Below, in pieces: positions 18,692 to 28,746 of a stretch of 42,049 bases of DNA. Position numbers and translations under genes: made by a program. Origin of the DNA: a candidate division WOR-3 bacterium (GTDB lineage Bacteria; Hydrothermota; Hydrothermia; JBDRYB01); assembly GCA_039803205.1 (NCBI GenBank), contig JBDRYB010000016.1, positions 1-42,049 on the forward strand. The letters run 5' to 3'. Below the pieces are notes generated by a model. The model was not told where the DNA came from, ran no database searches, and worked only from the letters and a program-made list of their open reading frames with translations. Numbering within the stretch: the stretch's first letter is position 1; each line of letters begins with the position of its first letter.

Positions 18692-20320
18692 TCACCTGAA
18701 CTCAACCTTGTTCTGCAATCTTGACCCGAACAATGGCGCGAAAAGCCCGAACTTGTCCTCAGCCAAGATGGTTGTTCCCCGGCCGTCCAACTCGGCCCAT
18801 CTGACGGATTCCGGAAACTGGTAAGAGTAATATGACATGAGGCTAACTCGTTTTCCTGTGAGGTAATCTTTCAGAGCCTTGGGGAACACCCTGTGCTCGC
18901 CTAGCTGAAGAGCGCCCAGTGATTGAAAGAGGACGGAAAGGATGATTACCGATGAGACCATCCATGGCCTCCCAGCCAAGCGCCATGCCCTCGCGAGGGC
19001 GAGAAACCCGATTGCAAGGAGGGGCATAATGAGCCTGAGCTCTCCGGGATGGATGTAGCCGGGTATTGTAGCGAAAAGGCAGAGGAACAGAGGCGCCTGT
19101 GCCCAAACGAAGACAGAGGGCCAATCCATTTTCACCGCGTCCTTTAGCATGAACAGAAGGGCCAGGGGCAGTCCAACGAGCCAGAATAGGGGTCCTGATC
19201 CGCCCTCGTATGTCCCGAGGCCAATATCCCTGAAGGGAAAAACGATTACCTGATTGATCGTCGCGAGATACTGGTAACCGTATGCATATGGCGAAACTTT
19301 GCCTTGGAAGATGACCCAAGGCCCTAGCTTGATGCACATGTCAAAGGCTGGGTTTCCCAAAACAATCCAGTTCCTGATATACCATGGGAGCCACAGGCAC
19401 AACGAAAGCCCGATCGTTGTAATTAGCGCCAGAGCATTGCGTTTCTTAAAACCAAGGATGATCAGGATGAGGGTGAATATAATGTAGAACACGAGACCAG
19501 TATACTTAACGCCCGCGAGGGCTGATAGCGCGATTAATGCCAAAATTAGCCTCGCCCGCCCCCCATGCTTCCAGTAGCCCCAGAGGAAACCGGTTGCCCC
19601 GAGATACCAGAAGCAGAACCCCCAGTCTATGTAGTTCGTTATGGCCTGAGCCAGGCCAAGCGGGCTCAGAAACATGAGAAAGAAGGCGATTGACCCATCA
19701 TCCCGGGATAGGAGTTTCAATGCGGGGAAACAAAGCATGGTGTATATAAGGGGCGAGAATCCCAAGAACCTCTGCGCGCCGGTTATCCCCAATTGGAGGA
19801 GGTAGAGGGTTTCCCCGTTTGCGGGATAAGCGAACCCTGCGTTTTCCTTTAGTATAGAGTAGGGGAGTAGGGCTATTTTCCCTTCCTGGAGCCAATAAAG
19901 GGGATTGGTTAAGTGATAGCTGAGGCTATCCCAACCCCTGGGTGGCATAACCCAGGCCTCCACTGCCAGAAAGGCAAACCATGCCCCAGCGATCACCCAG
20001 AGGAATACATTGAGTCCGCTTTTCGTTCCTGGTTTTAGCCGGGATTTGGGCGCCAGGGAGCAGGGGCCGATCCCTCGTGTTCTCAGAGCGAACAAGGTGT
20101 GCCCCACGATGAAGCCCATTAGGGTGGTCGCGAGGGCCCACGGTTTCAAAAACCCCAGGAAACCCAGGATCACGACCGAGAGTATGTTCTCGGAGAGGAA
20201 AAGGATTGCTCCGGCCAGGAGTTTTTCAGCCCCCCTGAGCCATCTTGAGGTAGCCAGCGCGCCGGAGAGGATTCCAGCCGTCATCAGCAGGATGAAAAGG
20301 GATTCGCGGAGGGGGATCAT
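18692..20320 (-). CDS. polytopic membrane protein, GT-C-like glycosyltransferase (ArnT/PMT-like)
   Basis: Many TM segments; WDSLSYHL in the first loop, YP.NGE, K.TGL, PWYIRNWIVLGNPAF. Confidence 0.7.
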   Translation of the reverse strand: MIPLRESLFILLMTAGILSGALATSRWLRGAEKLLAGAILFLSENILSVVILGFLGFLKPWALATTLMGFIVGHTLFALRTRGIGPCSLAPKSRLKPGTKSGLNVFLWVIAGAWFAFLAVEAWVMPPRGWDSLSYHLTNPLYWLQEGKIALLPYSILKENAGFAYPANGETLYLLQLGITGAQRFLGFSPLIYTMLCFPALKLLSRDDGSIAFFLMFLSPLGLAQAITNYIDWGFCFWYLGATGFLWGYWKHGGRARLILALIALSALAGVKYTGLVFYIIFTLILIILGFKKRNALALITTIGLSLCLWLPWYIRNWIVLGNPAFDMCIKLGPWVIFQGKVSPYAYGYQYLATINQVIVFPFRDIGLGTYEGGSGPLFWLVGLPLALLFMLKDAVKMDWPSVFVWAQAPLFLCLFATIPGYIHPGELRLIMPLLAIGFLALARAWRLAGRPWMVSSVIILSVLFQSLGALQLGEHRVFPKALKDYLTGKRVSLMSYYSYQFPESVRWAELDGRGTTILAEDKFGLFAPLFGSRLQNKVEFR

Positions 20321-20329
20321 CCTTGTCGC

Positions 20330-21043
20330 TCATGCTTTCTTCTCGTCAAACCACCTCCTCTTTATCCAGAGGCCAACTGCCCAGAATAGGGCTATGCCTA
20401 TTATGGATGCTATTCCCCCCCAGATCAGTGTCTTTGCATCAAAGAACCTGAAACCGCCGCCCCAGAGGATGACGAAGAGGTCGCCTGGGATCCTTATTCC
20501 GAGGAGTATGAGGAGGTAATGCTTGAATGGGACCTTTAGTATTCCACAGGCGTAGCACATGGCGTCCTTTGGGAGGCCTGGAAGGGCAAAGGCTATGAAA
20601 ACCAGGAGGATCCTCTTGCCGGATATGTATCTTTCGGCCTTATCCAGGTTATCCGGGCCAACGAGCTTTGCTACAACGGGCCTCCCCAGCTTAAGGCCAA
20701 TGAGATACACCGCCAGGGCCCCCACAACTAGACCCACAGCGTCATAGACCGCCCCCCAGAAAAACCCGTATAGATAGCCTGATGTTAGGGGGATAACATG
20801 GCCGGGGACAGGCGCGAAGACTATCTGCGCGATGTGAAAAAAGATTATGAAAAGAGGACCCCACGGCCCCAGGTTCTTCACGAAACCCGAAACATCACCA
20901 GCGAAGAAGAGAACCCAGATGAAAAAGGCGGCGAGTAACAGGAAGAATATTATCCCGACTATCCAGCCTACTGCCCTTTGAACTCTGCCTTCCTTTTCTC
21001 CAAGAACGCGGTCAATCCCTCTTTTGAGTCTGCTGTCTCGCAT
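20330..21043 (-). CDS. TVP38/TMEM64 (DedA/VTT) family membrane protein
   Basis: QIVFAPVPG..SGYLYG, LGRPVVAKLV, LPGLPKDAMCY. The start is uncertain because it overlaps the upstream gene. Confidence 0.85.
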   Translation of the reverse strand: MRDSRLKRGIDRVLGEKEGRVQRAVGWIVGIIFFLLLAAFFIWVLFFAGDVSGFVKNLGPWGPLFIIFFHIAQIVFAPVPGHVIPLTSGYLYGFFWGAVYDAVGLVVGALAVYLIGLKLGRPVVAKLVGPDNLDKAERYISGKRILLVFIAFALPGLPKDAMCYACGILKVPFKHYLLILLGIRIPGDLFVILWGGGFRFFDAKTLIWGGIASIIGIALFWAVGLWIKRRWFDEKKA

Positions 21044-21741
21044 AATTCGCCGAATAGGCGAGCCTCCTCTTCGAGTCCCTCGTTCATGGGCATGTTCACG
21101 GCGTTGTATACCGAACGCTTTGCCGAGGCCAGGGCAAGGGGCCCCTTGCTCGCTATCTCGCCAGCAAGCTCCTCCGCCTTCGCCATCAGCTCTTCGGCCG
21201 GATACGCTCCCTGGACGAGGCCCATAGACATGGCCTCTGAGGCCGTTATCATCCTTCCAGAGAGGATCATGTATTTGGCCCAGCCAAGCCCAACGGAACG
21301 CACGAGCCTCTGTGTGCCTCCGTAGCCAGGGATTATCCCAAGATTGACCTCTGGTTGACCCATTTTCGCCGTCTCGGAAGCAAGGCGTATGTCACAGGAT
21401 AGAGCGAGCTCAAGGCCTCCGCCAAGAGCGAACCCGTTTATCGCGGCTATCCAGACCTTCGGGGATCGTTCTATCTTGTCAAAAAGAGACTGGCCCCGGC
21501 GCATCTTCTCGTAACCGGTCCTTCCGTTCAGGGTCGCGAGCTCCGAGATGTCAGCCCCGGCAACAAAGGCTTTCCCCTCTCCGGTGATTATTACAGCGAT
21601 TACCTCTGGGTCGCGGTTTATCTCGTCAACCAGCTCCTCTAGCTCGTCCAGAACACCAGCGTCCATGGCGTTCAACTTCTCTGGCCTGGACATTCTCAGT
21701 ATGGCTATCTTGCCCTTCTTTTCAAGCTTTATGGCGTTCAT
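20968..21741 (-). CDS. enoyl-CoA hydratase/crotonase
   Basis: RPEKLNA, AFVAGADI, INGFALGGGLELALSCD, PEVNLGIIPGYGGTQRL. Confidence 0.95.
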   Translation of the reverse strand: MNAIKLEKKGKIAILRMSRPEKLNAMDAGVLDELEELVDEINRDPEVIAVIITGEGKAFVAGADISELATLNGRTGYEKMRRGQSLFDKIERSPKVWIAAINGFALGGGLELALSCDIRLASETAKMGQPEVNLGIIPGYGGTQRLVRSVGLGWAKYMILSGRMITASEAMSMGLVQGAYPAEELMAKAEELAGEIASKGPLALASAKRSVYNAVNMPMNEGLEEEARLFGELCETADSKEGLTAFLEKRKAEFKGQ

Positions 21742-22436
21742 CTCTTCAAAGCCTCCTTTTGCATCCTCGTTATTTCAATAGCGGCCGGCGTTGCTATCTC
21801 AATCATCTTTCCCACGATCCCGGGCTCCATGAGCCCCTCCTCTGAGCTCATTTGCAATTCCGCTATGTTCCCTTTCTCAGATATGACGATATTTGCATCA
21901 ACGGCCGCCTTCATATCCTCGTTGTAATCGGGATCCAGAAACAATTGTTTGCCAACCAGGGCAACCGAAACCCCAGCGAGGAATTCCCTAACCGGAAGCC
22001 TCTCAAGTATTCCGGTTTTTCTCATGTGCTCAAGGGCCCTCACCAGAGCGACGAACCCCCCTGTCACCGCGGCAGACCTGGTCCCTCCGTCTGCCTGGAT
22101 GACATCGCAGTCTACTGTGATCGTGAAGCCATCAAGTGCCTTGAGATCAACCCCTGCCCTCAGAGACCTCCCTATCATTCGGGCTATTTCCTTTTCCCTC
22201 CCACCGAGCCTGCGCTCCTTTCTCTCAGGGACAGACCTTGGCAACAGCGCGTATTCAGCGGTTATCCACCCCTGGCCCCCTCCAGAAAGCCACTGGGGCA
22301 CCCCCATAGAGAGCGTCGCTGTGCATAGAACCCAGGTATTTCCGTATTTTACAAGGCAACTGCCCTCCGGGTCCTTCAGGTAATCCGACTGTATGCTTAT
22401 TGGTCTGAGCTCGTTCCAGCCCCTATCCTTCCGCAT
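21738..22436 (-). CDS. rph: ribonuclease PH
   Basis: GWITAEYALLPR, EIARMIGRSLR, DCDVIQADGGTR. Start placed at ATG 22436. Confidence 0.93.
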   Translation of the reverse strand: MRKDRGWNELRPISIQSDYLKDPEGSCLVKYGNTWVLCTATLSMGVPQWLSGGGQGWITAEYALLPRSVPERKERRLGGREKEIARMIGRSLRAGVDLKALDGFTITVDCDVIQADGGTRSAAVTGGFVALVRALEHMRKTGILERLPVREFLAGVSVALVGKQLFLDPDYNEDMKAAVDANIVISEKGNIAELQMSSEEGLMEPGIVGKMIEIATPAAIEITRMQKEALKR

Positions 22437-22514
22437 GAGCAAATTATATTAGTTGCGAGTTCCGGGTTTCCAGTTGAGGCAGGGGCCTTTCTCTGATTTC
22501 CGGAGAACAAGGGC

Positions 22515-23945
22515 TCAGAACACCTTCACGAGTCTGAGGGTTCTCCTCCCAGCCGTGGCCAGGTATACCCCCGGCACCAGACCGGCGAGGTCCAGTCGGC
22601 CTCTCTCGGATAGGTTCTCCTTTATCAGGGCGCGGCCAGCGGGGTCGTATATTGAGAGGCTGAACTCCTTACCGGGCCATGAAACCTCCAGGAATCTCCT
22701 CCCGTCCCAGAAGAACGAGGGATAGTCCGCGGCAAAAAGCTCCCTCACATCGTCGCAAAGATATGTGGAGCCAGCGTAGACATCGTAGACCAAGGTTCCT
22801 GTTCGCCTGTTGTCGCTCCACGCGACTAGGGGCCAGCCATCGAGTCCAGCAACGGTTGGCGCGACCTTGCTGTCACCGGAACCCCAATCAACCCTTATGT
22901 CCTCCGCGAACGCGAGCCCCCCGAAGCAATCAAAATCATAGTATATGTGATATGTTCCTTCACGCTCGTCGTGCCAGGTGACATGGGTTACCCAGTCCTT
23001 TGCCCACACAGAGGGCTTTGTTGCGCCGCCTATCGGTTCGCTCGTTAGGTCATCAACCTTTACATTCTGGGCCCAGCTCGCACCGTAATCTGTGCTCCTG
23101 GTTATGTAGACATGCCAGGGCGTCATGCTTCTCCCGTCAACCCAAGCGACGAATACCTCTGTCGGGCCGTAAAGCTCTCGCACATCAAGGGAAGGTTGAA
23201 TCTGCCATTCGCTCGTCCCATCGTCGTTCAGGCGCTGATTAGTTTCCCAGCTGGCCCCGAAATCAGAGCTCCTTGAGAAATATATGTCCCACTCGGTCGT
23301 CCCTGAGTTTCTGAAATCAGACCACGCGACGAAGACCCAGTTCTCGTGAACGCCGAGCGTCGGTTCCCTCTGCAATCCTGTCGCAACATCGTTGACCCGG
23401 ACAGGGCTTGACCAGCTCGCGCCTCCGTCCGAGCTCAGAGAAAATAGTATATCAAAGTCCCCGAATCTGTCATCCTGCCAAGCCAGGAACACCGTGTCCC
23501 TTCTCGCCCAGACCGATGGCAAGTTGTGGTTTGAGACGACCGCGTCAACAGGATGAACCTGCCAGTTGGCTCCGTTATCAGTGCTCCTTGCGACCTTAAC
23601 CGATGCGTAACCAGTTCCCCAATCCCTGTATGCGACATATATTGTGCCGTCCTCCTGGACATATATTGATGGATACTGCTGATCCGATGTGTCTGTAGGG
23701 CCAGCGTCATCAACCCGAGTTGGCGTTGACCAGGTGTTCCCCCCATTCGTGCTCATGGAGAACATGATATCCGAGTCCTCTCCGGACATCTCCTCCATCC
23801 AGACCAGATAATAGGCTCCTCCAAAAGCAAAGGATGTGCGCCCGCCGGAGCCAAAGGTTGGGCCGGTCCCGAGCGTTCCGTAGTAGCCTGGGCCCTGGTT
23901 GACCTTTATGTTTGGGAACTGGGATAGGATTATGAGTAAAAGCAT
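22515..23945 (-). CDS. secreted BNR/Asp-box repeat (sialidase-like) protein with Por/T9SS-like C-terminal domain
   Basis: Asp boxes STNGGNTW, STDNGANW, SSDGGASW, SSDFGASW, STDYGASW. CTD-like end IYDPAGR...PGVYLA...RLVKVF. SD GGAGG. Confidence 0.82.
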   Translation of the reverse strand: MLLLIILSQFPNIKVNQGPGYYGTLGTGPTFGSGGRTSFAFGGAYYLVWMEEMSGEDSDIMFSMSTNGGNTWSTPTRVDDAGPTDTSDQQYPSIYVQEDGTIYVAYRDWGTGYASVKVARSTDNGANWQVHPVDAVVSNHNLPSVWARRDTVFLAWQDDRFGDFDILFSLSSDGGASWSSPVRVNDVATGLQREPTLGVHENWVFVAWSDFRNSGTTEWDIYFSRSSDFGASWETNQRLNDDGTSEWQIQPSLDVRELYGPTEVFVAWVDGRSMTPWHVYITRSTDYGASWAQNVKVDDLTSEPIGGATKPSVWAKDWVTHVTWHDEREGTYHIYYDFDCFGGLAFAEDIRVDWGSGDSKVAPTVAGLDGWPLVAWSDNRRTGTLVYDVYAGSTYLCDDVRELFAADYPSFFWDGRRFLEVSWPGKEFSLSIYDPAGRALIKENLSERGRLDLAGLVPGVYLATAGRRTLRLVKVF

Positions 23946-24030
23946 AAAAAACCTCCTCTCGCAAATTTTAATCCAAGATCGCTTTAGCGCGCAATTTGAT
24001 CCGGGACCTAATCAGATTTTATAATTTAGT

Positions 24031-24897
24031 GTGGTTAAAGACAAGGATAAGCTGATAAGGCAATTGGAGGACATGGGCCTGAACGAATACGAGTCCAAGG
24101 TCTATCTCGCGCTGATTGAGGGAGGGGTAATGTCAGCGCCCGGCGCGTCAAAGCTCGCAAGGATACCCATTCAAAGGGTATATGACATACTTGAGAGGCT
24201 CGTTGAGAAGGGTTTGGTCTACATAGTTCCTGGCAAGACCAAGAGGTTTGGTCCAGCCGCTCCCCAGACCGGGCTTGAGAGCTTCTTGCAAAAGGAGAGA
24301 AACAGGATGGAGAACCTCCTCAGGGAGCGCGAGAAGGTAGCGGAGGAGCTGTCCCGCGAGCTCTCATACCTCTATAACCCAGCTACTCAGGATGAGGATT
24401 TCCTTGATTACATAAAGATAGCGAAAGACCCCTCTTATGTTGGGCTCATATTCGCTGAGGCGCAGAATAAGGCCAAAGAAAGGGTTTGGGCCTTCATGAG
24501 GCCTCCATACTCGGTTCCTCCGGACGAGAATGTTGAGACCCAGCTAGCGGCTTCCAAGCGCGGGGTCCAATACAGGGGAATCTACGAGATTTCCACGGTT
24601 GACGAGACATTCGCCTTCTTCATTAAGCTCGGGATGGCGGCTGGCGAGGAGGTGCGTTTTACTGACCGCGTTCCCATAAAGGCCGCGATATTTGATACCA
24701 AGCTGGTTTTCTTTGCCCTGCAAGACCCCCTGCGTTCCTCATATACCTATTTCTTTATAGATCACGAGGACATCGCTATTGCTCTCTCCGATACATTCAA
24801 CTATGTCTGGGAGCGATCGAGAACCCCTGAGGAGATCCTTGGCCCAGGGGTTTGGGACGAGGTCAAGAAGTTAAGGGAAGGGATTGAGGGGAAATGA
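24031..24897 (+). CDS. TrmB family transcriptional regulator
   Basis: MGLNEYESKVYLAL...IP..RVYDILERLVEKGLV, plus a C-terminal PLD-like effector domain (IKAAIFD...FNYVWE). Confidence 0.9.
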   Translation: MVKDKDKLIRQLEDMGLNEYESKVYLALIEGGVMSAPGASKLARIPIQRVYDILERLVEKGLVYIVPGKTKRFGPAAPQTGLESFLQKERNRMENLLREREKVAEELSRELSYLYNPATQDEDFLDYIKIAKDPSYVGLIFAEAQNKAKERVWAFMRPPYSVPPDENVETQLAASKRGVQYRGIYEISTVDETFAFFIKLGMAAGEEVRFTDRVPIKAAIFDTKLVFFALQDPLRSSYTYFFIDHEDIAIALSDTFNYVWERSRTPEEILGPGVWDEVKKLREGIEGK

Positions 24898-26249
24898 AGA
24901 ACAAAAGGCGGTTTTATGGGGAGCATCTAACCCCAGATCGGATTTGTGAGGAGTATATCCTGCCATACATAGCAAATTTCCTTTGGGATCGCTTGTGGGT
25001 GGATTTATTTTGTGGTGAGGGCAGTTTGATATATCCCTTAGTCAAAGCTGTAGAGCCTTCAAAGAGAAACGCGTTCTTCGCTGATCATGTGCTTATGTTT
25101 GATGTTCAGGCAGAGCAGGTAGAAAAGGCCATTAATAAGGCTGTAGAGTTGGGAATCTCCAGAAGTATAGCCCAAAAAAGAATAATGGTTAGAGATACTC
25201 TATTTGATTACCCCACGGAAATGTTTGGCAAGCTGTCTGTGGTTCACATAACTAATCCTCCATATCTTTATCTGGGATACATCGCCAAGAAAGCCAAAGA
25301 GCACCTCAGATATTTCCAGGGCAATAACGACGGCTATCAGGATCTCTATCAGATAGCTCTTGCTAATGATATGCGCGCTGGTTTAGAGGAATTTATATAC
25401 ATAATTCCCACTAACTTTCTTTATGGTGACGCGGTGGCCAACAAAATAAGAGAAGATCTTTTGCTCTTTTATCAGATTGAGAAGGCTTTCCTGTTTGAAA
25501 CCCGAATATTTCACCACACCGGAACTAATGTAGGCATTTTCTTTTTCAAGAAGAAAAAGGCTCCTTCCAAAGAAATTCAGGAATTTACAGCGCTTAAAAT
25601 AGGCCCTTGCGGCAATCAGGAGAGACGATACAAATTAAATCCACGGTTTAGATACCGAGCTGGCACTGAATTTGATGAATTTGTAGAAAAGAATAGAAAT
25701 CCTCGCGCCCCAAAGGTAAAGTTTTACTTAATGATGGATGAAGTTACCAGACATCCAGGGCCCAATAGGCTCAGGCTTGTTGACGCCAATACCTATGAGG
25801 CAGGCAAATATAGAATACTTGAATTTTCTGTTGATGATGCTCTTTTCCGTAAGGTTAAAACGAACATTCTTTTCGTGCGCACAGTTGATACTGGAAGCCA
25901 GGAGAGGGCTGGCCTTTATGAAATAAAGAAGGTTTTTGATGCAGACGGAATTGTGGTTACACGCTTTACTTTTAGAACTCATCCAATCCAGCTTTTCTTT
26001 GAACCGGAGCTCTCTGAGGAGGAACAACTTGAATTAGCAGAATATTTTAATTCATCACTTGAGGCTTTGAGGACTGAGACTGATAGCGAGTTTATGACTA
26101 CCTTTAAGTATTCGGACGCTACATACACCAGGAAATACTTAGGCCTAAAACAAGTAAAGGCTCTTATATCTACCTACAAATCCAAAGGAGACGAGCATGC
26201 CTCTAAGGAAAAACCTTCATTATTGGCGGATCTCTTTAGAAAACCCTGA
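24894..26249 (+). CDS. amino-DNA methyltransferase (m6A-type, gamma-class motif order)
   Basis: Motif I DLFCGEG precedes motif IV ITNPPY; also DLYQ, YIIPTNFL, F..T.TNV. Visibly AT-richer than its flanks. Confidence 0.85.
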   Translation: MKNKRRFYGEHLTPDRICEEYILPYIANFLWDRLWVDLFCGEGSLIYPLVKAVEPSKRNAFFADHVLMFDVQAEQVEKAINKAVELGISRSIAQKRIMVRDTLFDYPTEMFGKLSVVHITNPPYLYLGYIAKKAKEHLRYFQGNNDGYQDLYQIALANDMRAGLEEFIYIIPTNFLYGDAVANKIREDLLLFYQIEKAFLFETRIFHHTGTNVGIFFFKKKKAPSKEIQEFTALKIGPCGNQERRYKLNPRFRYRAGTEFDEFVEKNRNPRAPKVKFYLMMDEVTRHPGPNRLRLVDANTYEAGKYRILEFSVDDALFRKVKTNILFVRTVDTGSQERAGLYEIKKVFDADGIVVTRFTFRTHPIQLFFEPELSEEEQLELAEYFNSSLEALRTETDSEFMTTFKYSDATYTRKYLGLKQVKALISTYKSKGDEHASKEKPSLLADLFRKP

Positions 26250-27099
26250 GCCTCTTTTGGATCCCCATTACTTTCACCACCCAGAAAAATTGATTTTTGA
26301 TGATGAGGTAACAATAGAGAGGATTCACAAGATAAGGGACTTAGTAGTTACCTACTCGGCCCTTCGCTCCCGTAAATTGGATGTCCCAAGGCAGATATTA
26401 AATGAGCTTAAGGAGATGGTTTTTGGTAAAGGGGGTAATTTGTCCGAATTTTCCGCCTTCTTCAAGGTTTTGGATTTTTCAATGACAGCAGCACGAGATT
26501 TACCCGAGAACGAACTCATTGAGTTCATGAAACAGGCTTTGAACTACTACTTGAATTTCAGAGAGGAAGCTTACAAAAGAAGAAGGCTGGAGTATTCTGA
26601 CATAACCGCTCAGGTCCTGCGGGATTACGGGGCCATCAGGGCTACAGGTGGACTGGCCAATGCCAAAATCATTGCCATACTCAAGGAAGCCGGCATCAGA
26701 GAGATAAAAAAGGAGCCGAGTGTAGAGGATATTAGGGAATACACCGGTGCAAGATATCAATTTGCTGAAAGACACCAGGGTAAGAATCCTGATGTTCTTT
26801 TTAGGCATGGCACGAGTTGGTTTGTAATTGAAGCCAAACATCTAAAAGAATCCGGTGGCGCACAGAATAAATCAGCCAGCGAGCTTGTAGATTTTATAGA
26901 CCAAGAGGACAAAGGTGTTCATTACATATCATTCGTGGATGGCATATTTTTCAATCGCTTGATACAATCGGGTTCAAACAGGAGGACAAAATATAGCAAG
27001 ATTAGGAATGATATAGAAAGAAAACTTTCGAACCACCCAAGAAGCTTTTTCGTTAACACACGAGGTTTTCAGGAACTAATATCAGACATAATGAGATGA
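26197..27099 (+). CDS. putative type II restriction endonuclease (PD-(D/E)xK fold)
   Basis: KNPDVLF...VIEAKH motif followed by GGAQN. Overlaps the MTase gene, has SD AAGGAG, and is AT-rich. Confidence 0.72.
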   Translation: MPLRKNLHYWRISLENPEPLLDPHYFHHPEKLIFDDEVTIERIHKIRDLVVTYSALRSRKLDVPRQILNELKEMVFGKGGNLSEFSAFFKVLDFSMTAARDLPENELIEFMKQALNYYLNFREEAYKRRRLEYSDITAQVLRDYGAIRATGGLANAKIIAILKEAGIREIKKEPSVEDIREYTGARYQFAERHQGKNPDVLFRHGTSWFVIEAKHLKESGGAQNKSASELVDFIDQEDKGVHYISFVDGIFFNRLIQSGSNRRTKYSKIRNDIERKLSNHPRSFFVNTRGFQELISDIMR

Positions 27100-27698
27100 A
27101 TCCCCCCACCCTTGAAATCCTCATTCCCCACAAGGAATTTCTCGCGAGGTTGACAAGGGAGGGTTGGATACCCTGGGAATGGGAACCTGGCCAGGACCTT
27201 CCGGCCGGGGCCGGCCTCATCCTCATCCCGAACACCGTTCTGGTTTTGGCCGGAAAAAAGATAATCATTGATCCCGGGCCCTTCTATGTGGGAAGGCTAC
27301 CCGCAGTAGCTCTGTCGTTTCGGGGGCTTTCCCCTCGTGATATTGATGTGGTCATAAACACCCACCTCCACACGGATCACGCTGGCGCGAACCTCATTTT
27401 CAGGGGCAAAAGACTGCTATTCCACGAGGCCGAGCTTTCGTGCCACCCGCGGACATGGATTGATTATGTTTCTGATGGTATGACTGTAAAGCTGATGAAG
27501 GGTGAGGCCCTTGATCTTGCTGATGGCATAAGGTTGTTTCATACCCCTGGCCACACCCATGGTTCAATCTCTGTCCTTGTTGAGACCGAAAAAGGCAGGG
27601 TTCTGATAACCGGGGACGCTGGGGAGCGAGAGACCGAGGCCCTCATATCTGAGTATTCTCCGAGCCTAATCATCCCTGGCCACAAGGACCCATATTGA
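27096..27698 (+). CDS. MBL-fold metallo-hydrolase
   Basis: IDPG, THLHTDHAG, TPGHTHGS, TGDA, PGH. Confidence 0.9.
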   Translation: MNPPTLEILIPHKEFLARLTREGWIPWEWEPGQDLPAGAGLILIPNTVLVLAGKKIIIDPGPFYVGRLPAVALSFRGLSPRDIDVVINTHLHTDHAGANLIFRGKRLLFHEAELSCHPRTWIDYVSDGMTVKLMKGEALDLADGIRLFHTPGHTHGSISVLVETEKGRVLITGDAGERETEALISEYSPSLIIPGHKDPY

Positions 27699-27725
27699 GG
27701 CTTTATCAACCCATTTGAGAGCCAA

Positions 27726-28631
27726 CTATCCGGAGGCCTTTGCCCTTTTGGCCCTCCTTGACCTTATTATGCCCCAGATGATGAGCCAGATTATCAAGGC
27801 CAGTATAACGAGGGGCAGGAGCCCTCCGGCTATAACGACCATAGCCGCTGTAACATATGTGAACAGGGTTGCGGCAACCTCAAAGCTCTTTTTCATTATC
27901 TTCAGGGGGCCGCCCTCTTGGCCAAGGGGGGTTGGATAAGGCTCGTGTAGGGTTATCTGGATCTGCGAATACGAGGTTATGCTCTGCAGGAACCTCATGC
28001 GCCCCTCCATGCGTTCTATCTCCTCAGTTATGCGGGCTATCTCGTTCTCAACCTCCATGGCCTCACGGACCGAATTGGCTTTAAGAAGGAGAGAGCGCAT
28101 CCTTTCAAGGAGGCGGCGCTTGTTCTCAAGCCTTATCGAGAGATCCAGGTATTCTTCAGTAATATCCTGACTCGTCTTGTTGTATGTGATGACCTCTGCT
28201 TCCTTGATTCCCTTTATCTCTTCCTCGGCCTCCTTGAGCCTATCGGAAGGGACCTTCATTATTATATCCGCTGTCCAGGCAGAATTCTCTGTTTTGTATA
28301 TGTTTGATGAGACTATGTAGCCCCCGTATTTCTCCGGAACGCTGACTATCCTGTCAGCGACATCATTGAACTTCTCTGTTTCCATCTCCCAAATGACCGT
28401 GTATGCGACCATGCGCTCAGGGAGCTTTATTTCACCTGAGCTCGTTGTGAGAGTTGGATTCTGGGCACCGGCTCCGATTTGGCCGGGCTTTGTTTCTTCA
28501 AGCGCGGTGTATCCCTCGGTCTCAGAAACCCCCTTGGTGCTCGTGGGCGCAGGGGAGGTCCCAGACTGACCCTTCTTGCCGCAGGCTGTCAACATCACCA
28601 ATCCCGTTAGAATAAAAAGGATTCTTCTCAT
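27726..28631 (-). CDS. DUF4349-like lipoprotein
   Basis: Start ATG 28631 gives lipobox LTAC. GGYIVSS, DITEEYLDL..RLEN, coiled coil, C-terminal TM helix. Confidence 0.82.
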   Translation of the reverse strand: MRRILFILTGLVMLTACGKKGQSGTSPAPTSTKGVSETEGYTALEETKPGQIGAGAQNPTLTTSSGEIKLPERMVAYTVIWEMETEKFNDVADRIVSVPEKYGGYIVSSNIYKTENSAWTADIIMKVPSDRLKEAEEEIKGIKEAEVITYNKTSQDITEEYLDLSIRLENKRRLLERMRSLLLKANSVREAMEVENEIARITEEIERMEGRMRFLQSITSYSQIQITLHEPYPTPLGQEGGPLKIMKKSFEVAATLFTYVTAAMVVIAGGLLPLVILALIIWLIIWGIIRSRRAKRAKASG

Positions 28632-28746
28632 AAGATCAAAATTATAACCCAGATCCCCCACAAATTGCCACCTGAGAGACTGAACCACTGACCTTGATCA
28701 CCTTCGGCAGATTCCTTTATCATATCACCATAAAGGAGTGGTGAAC

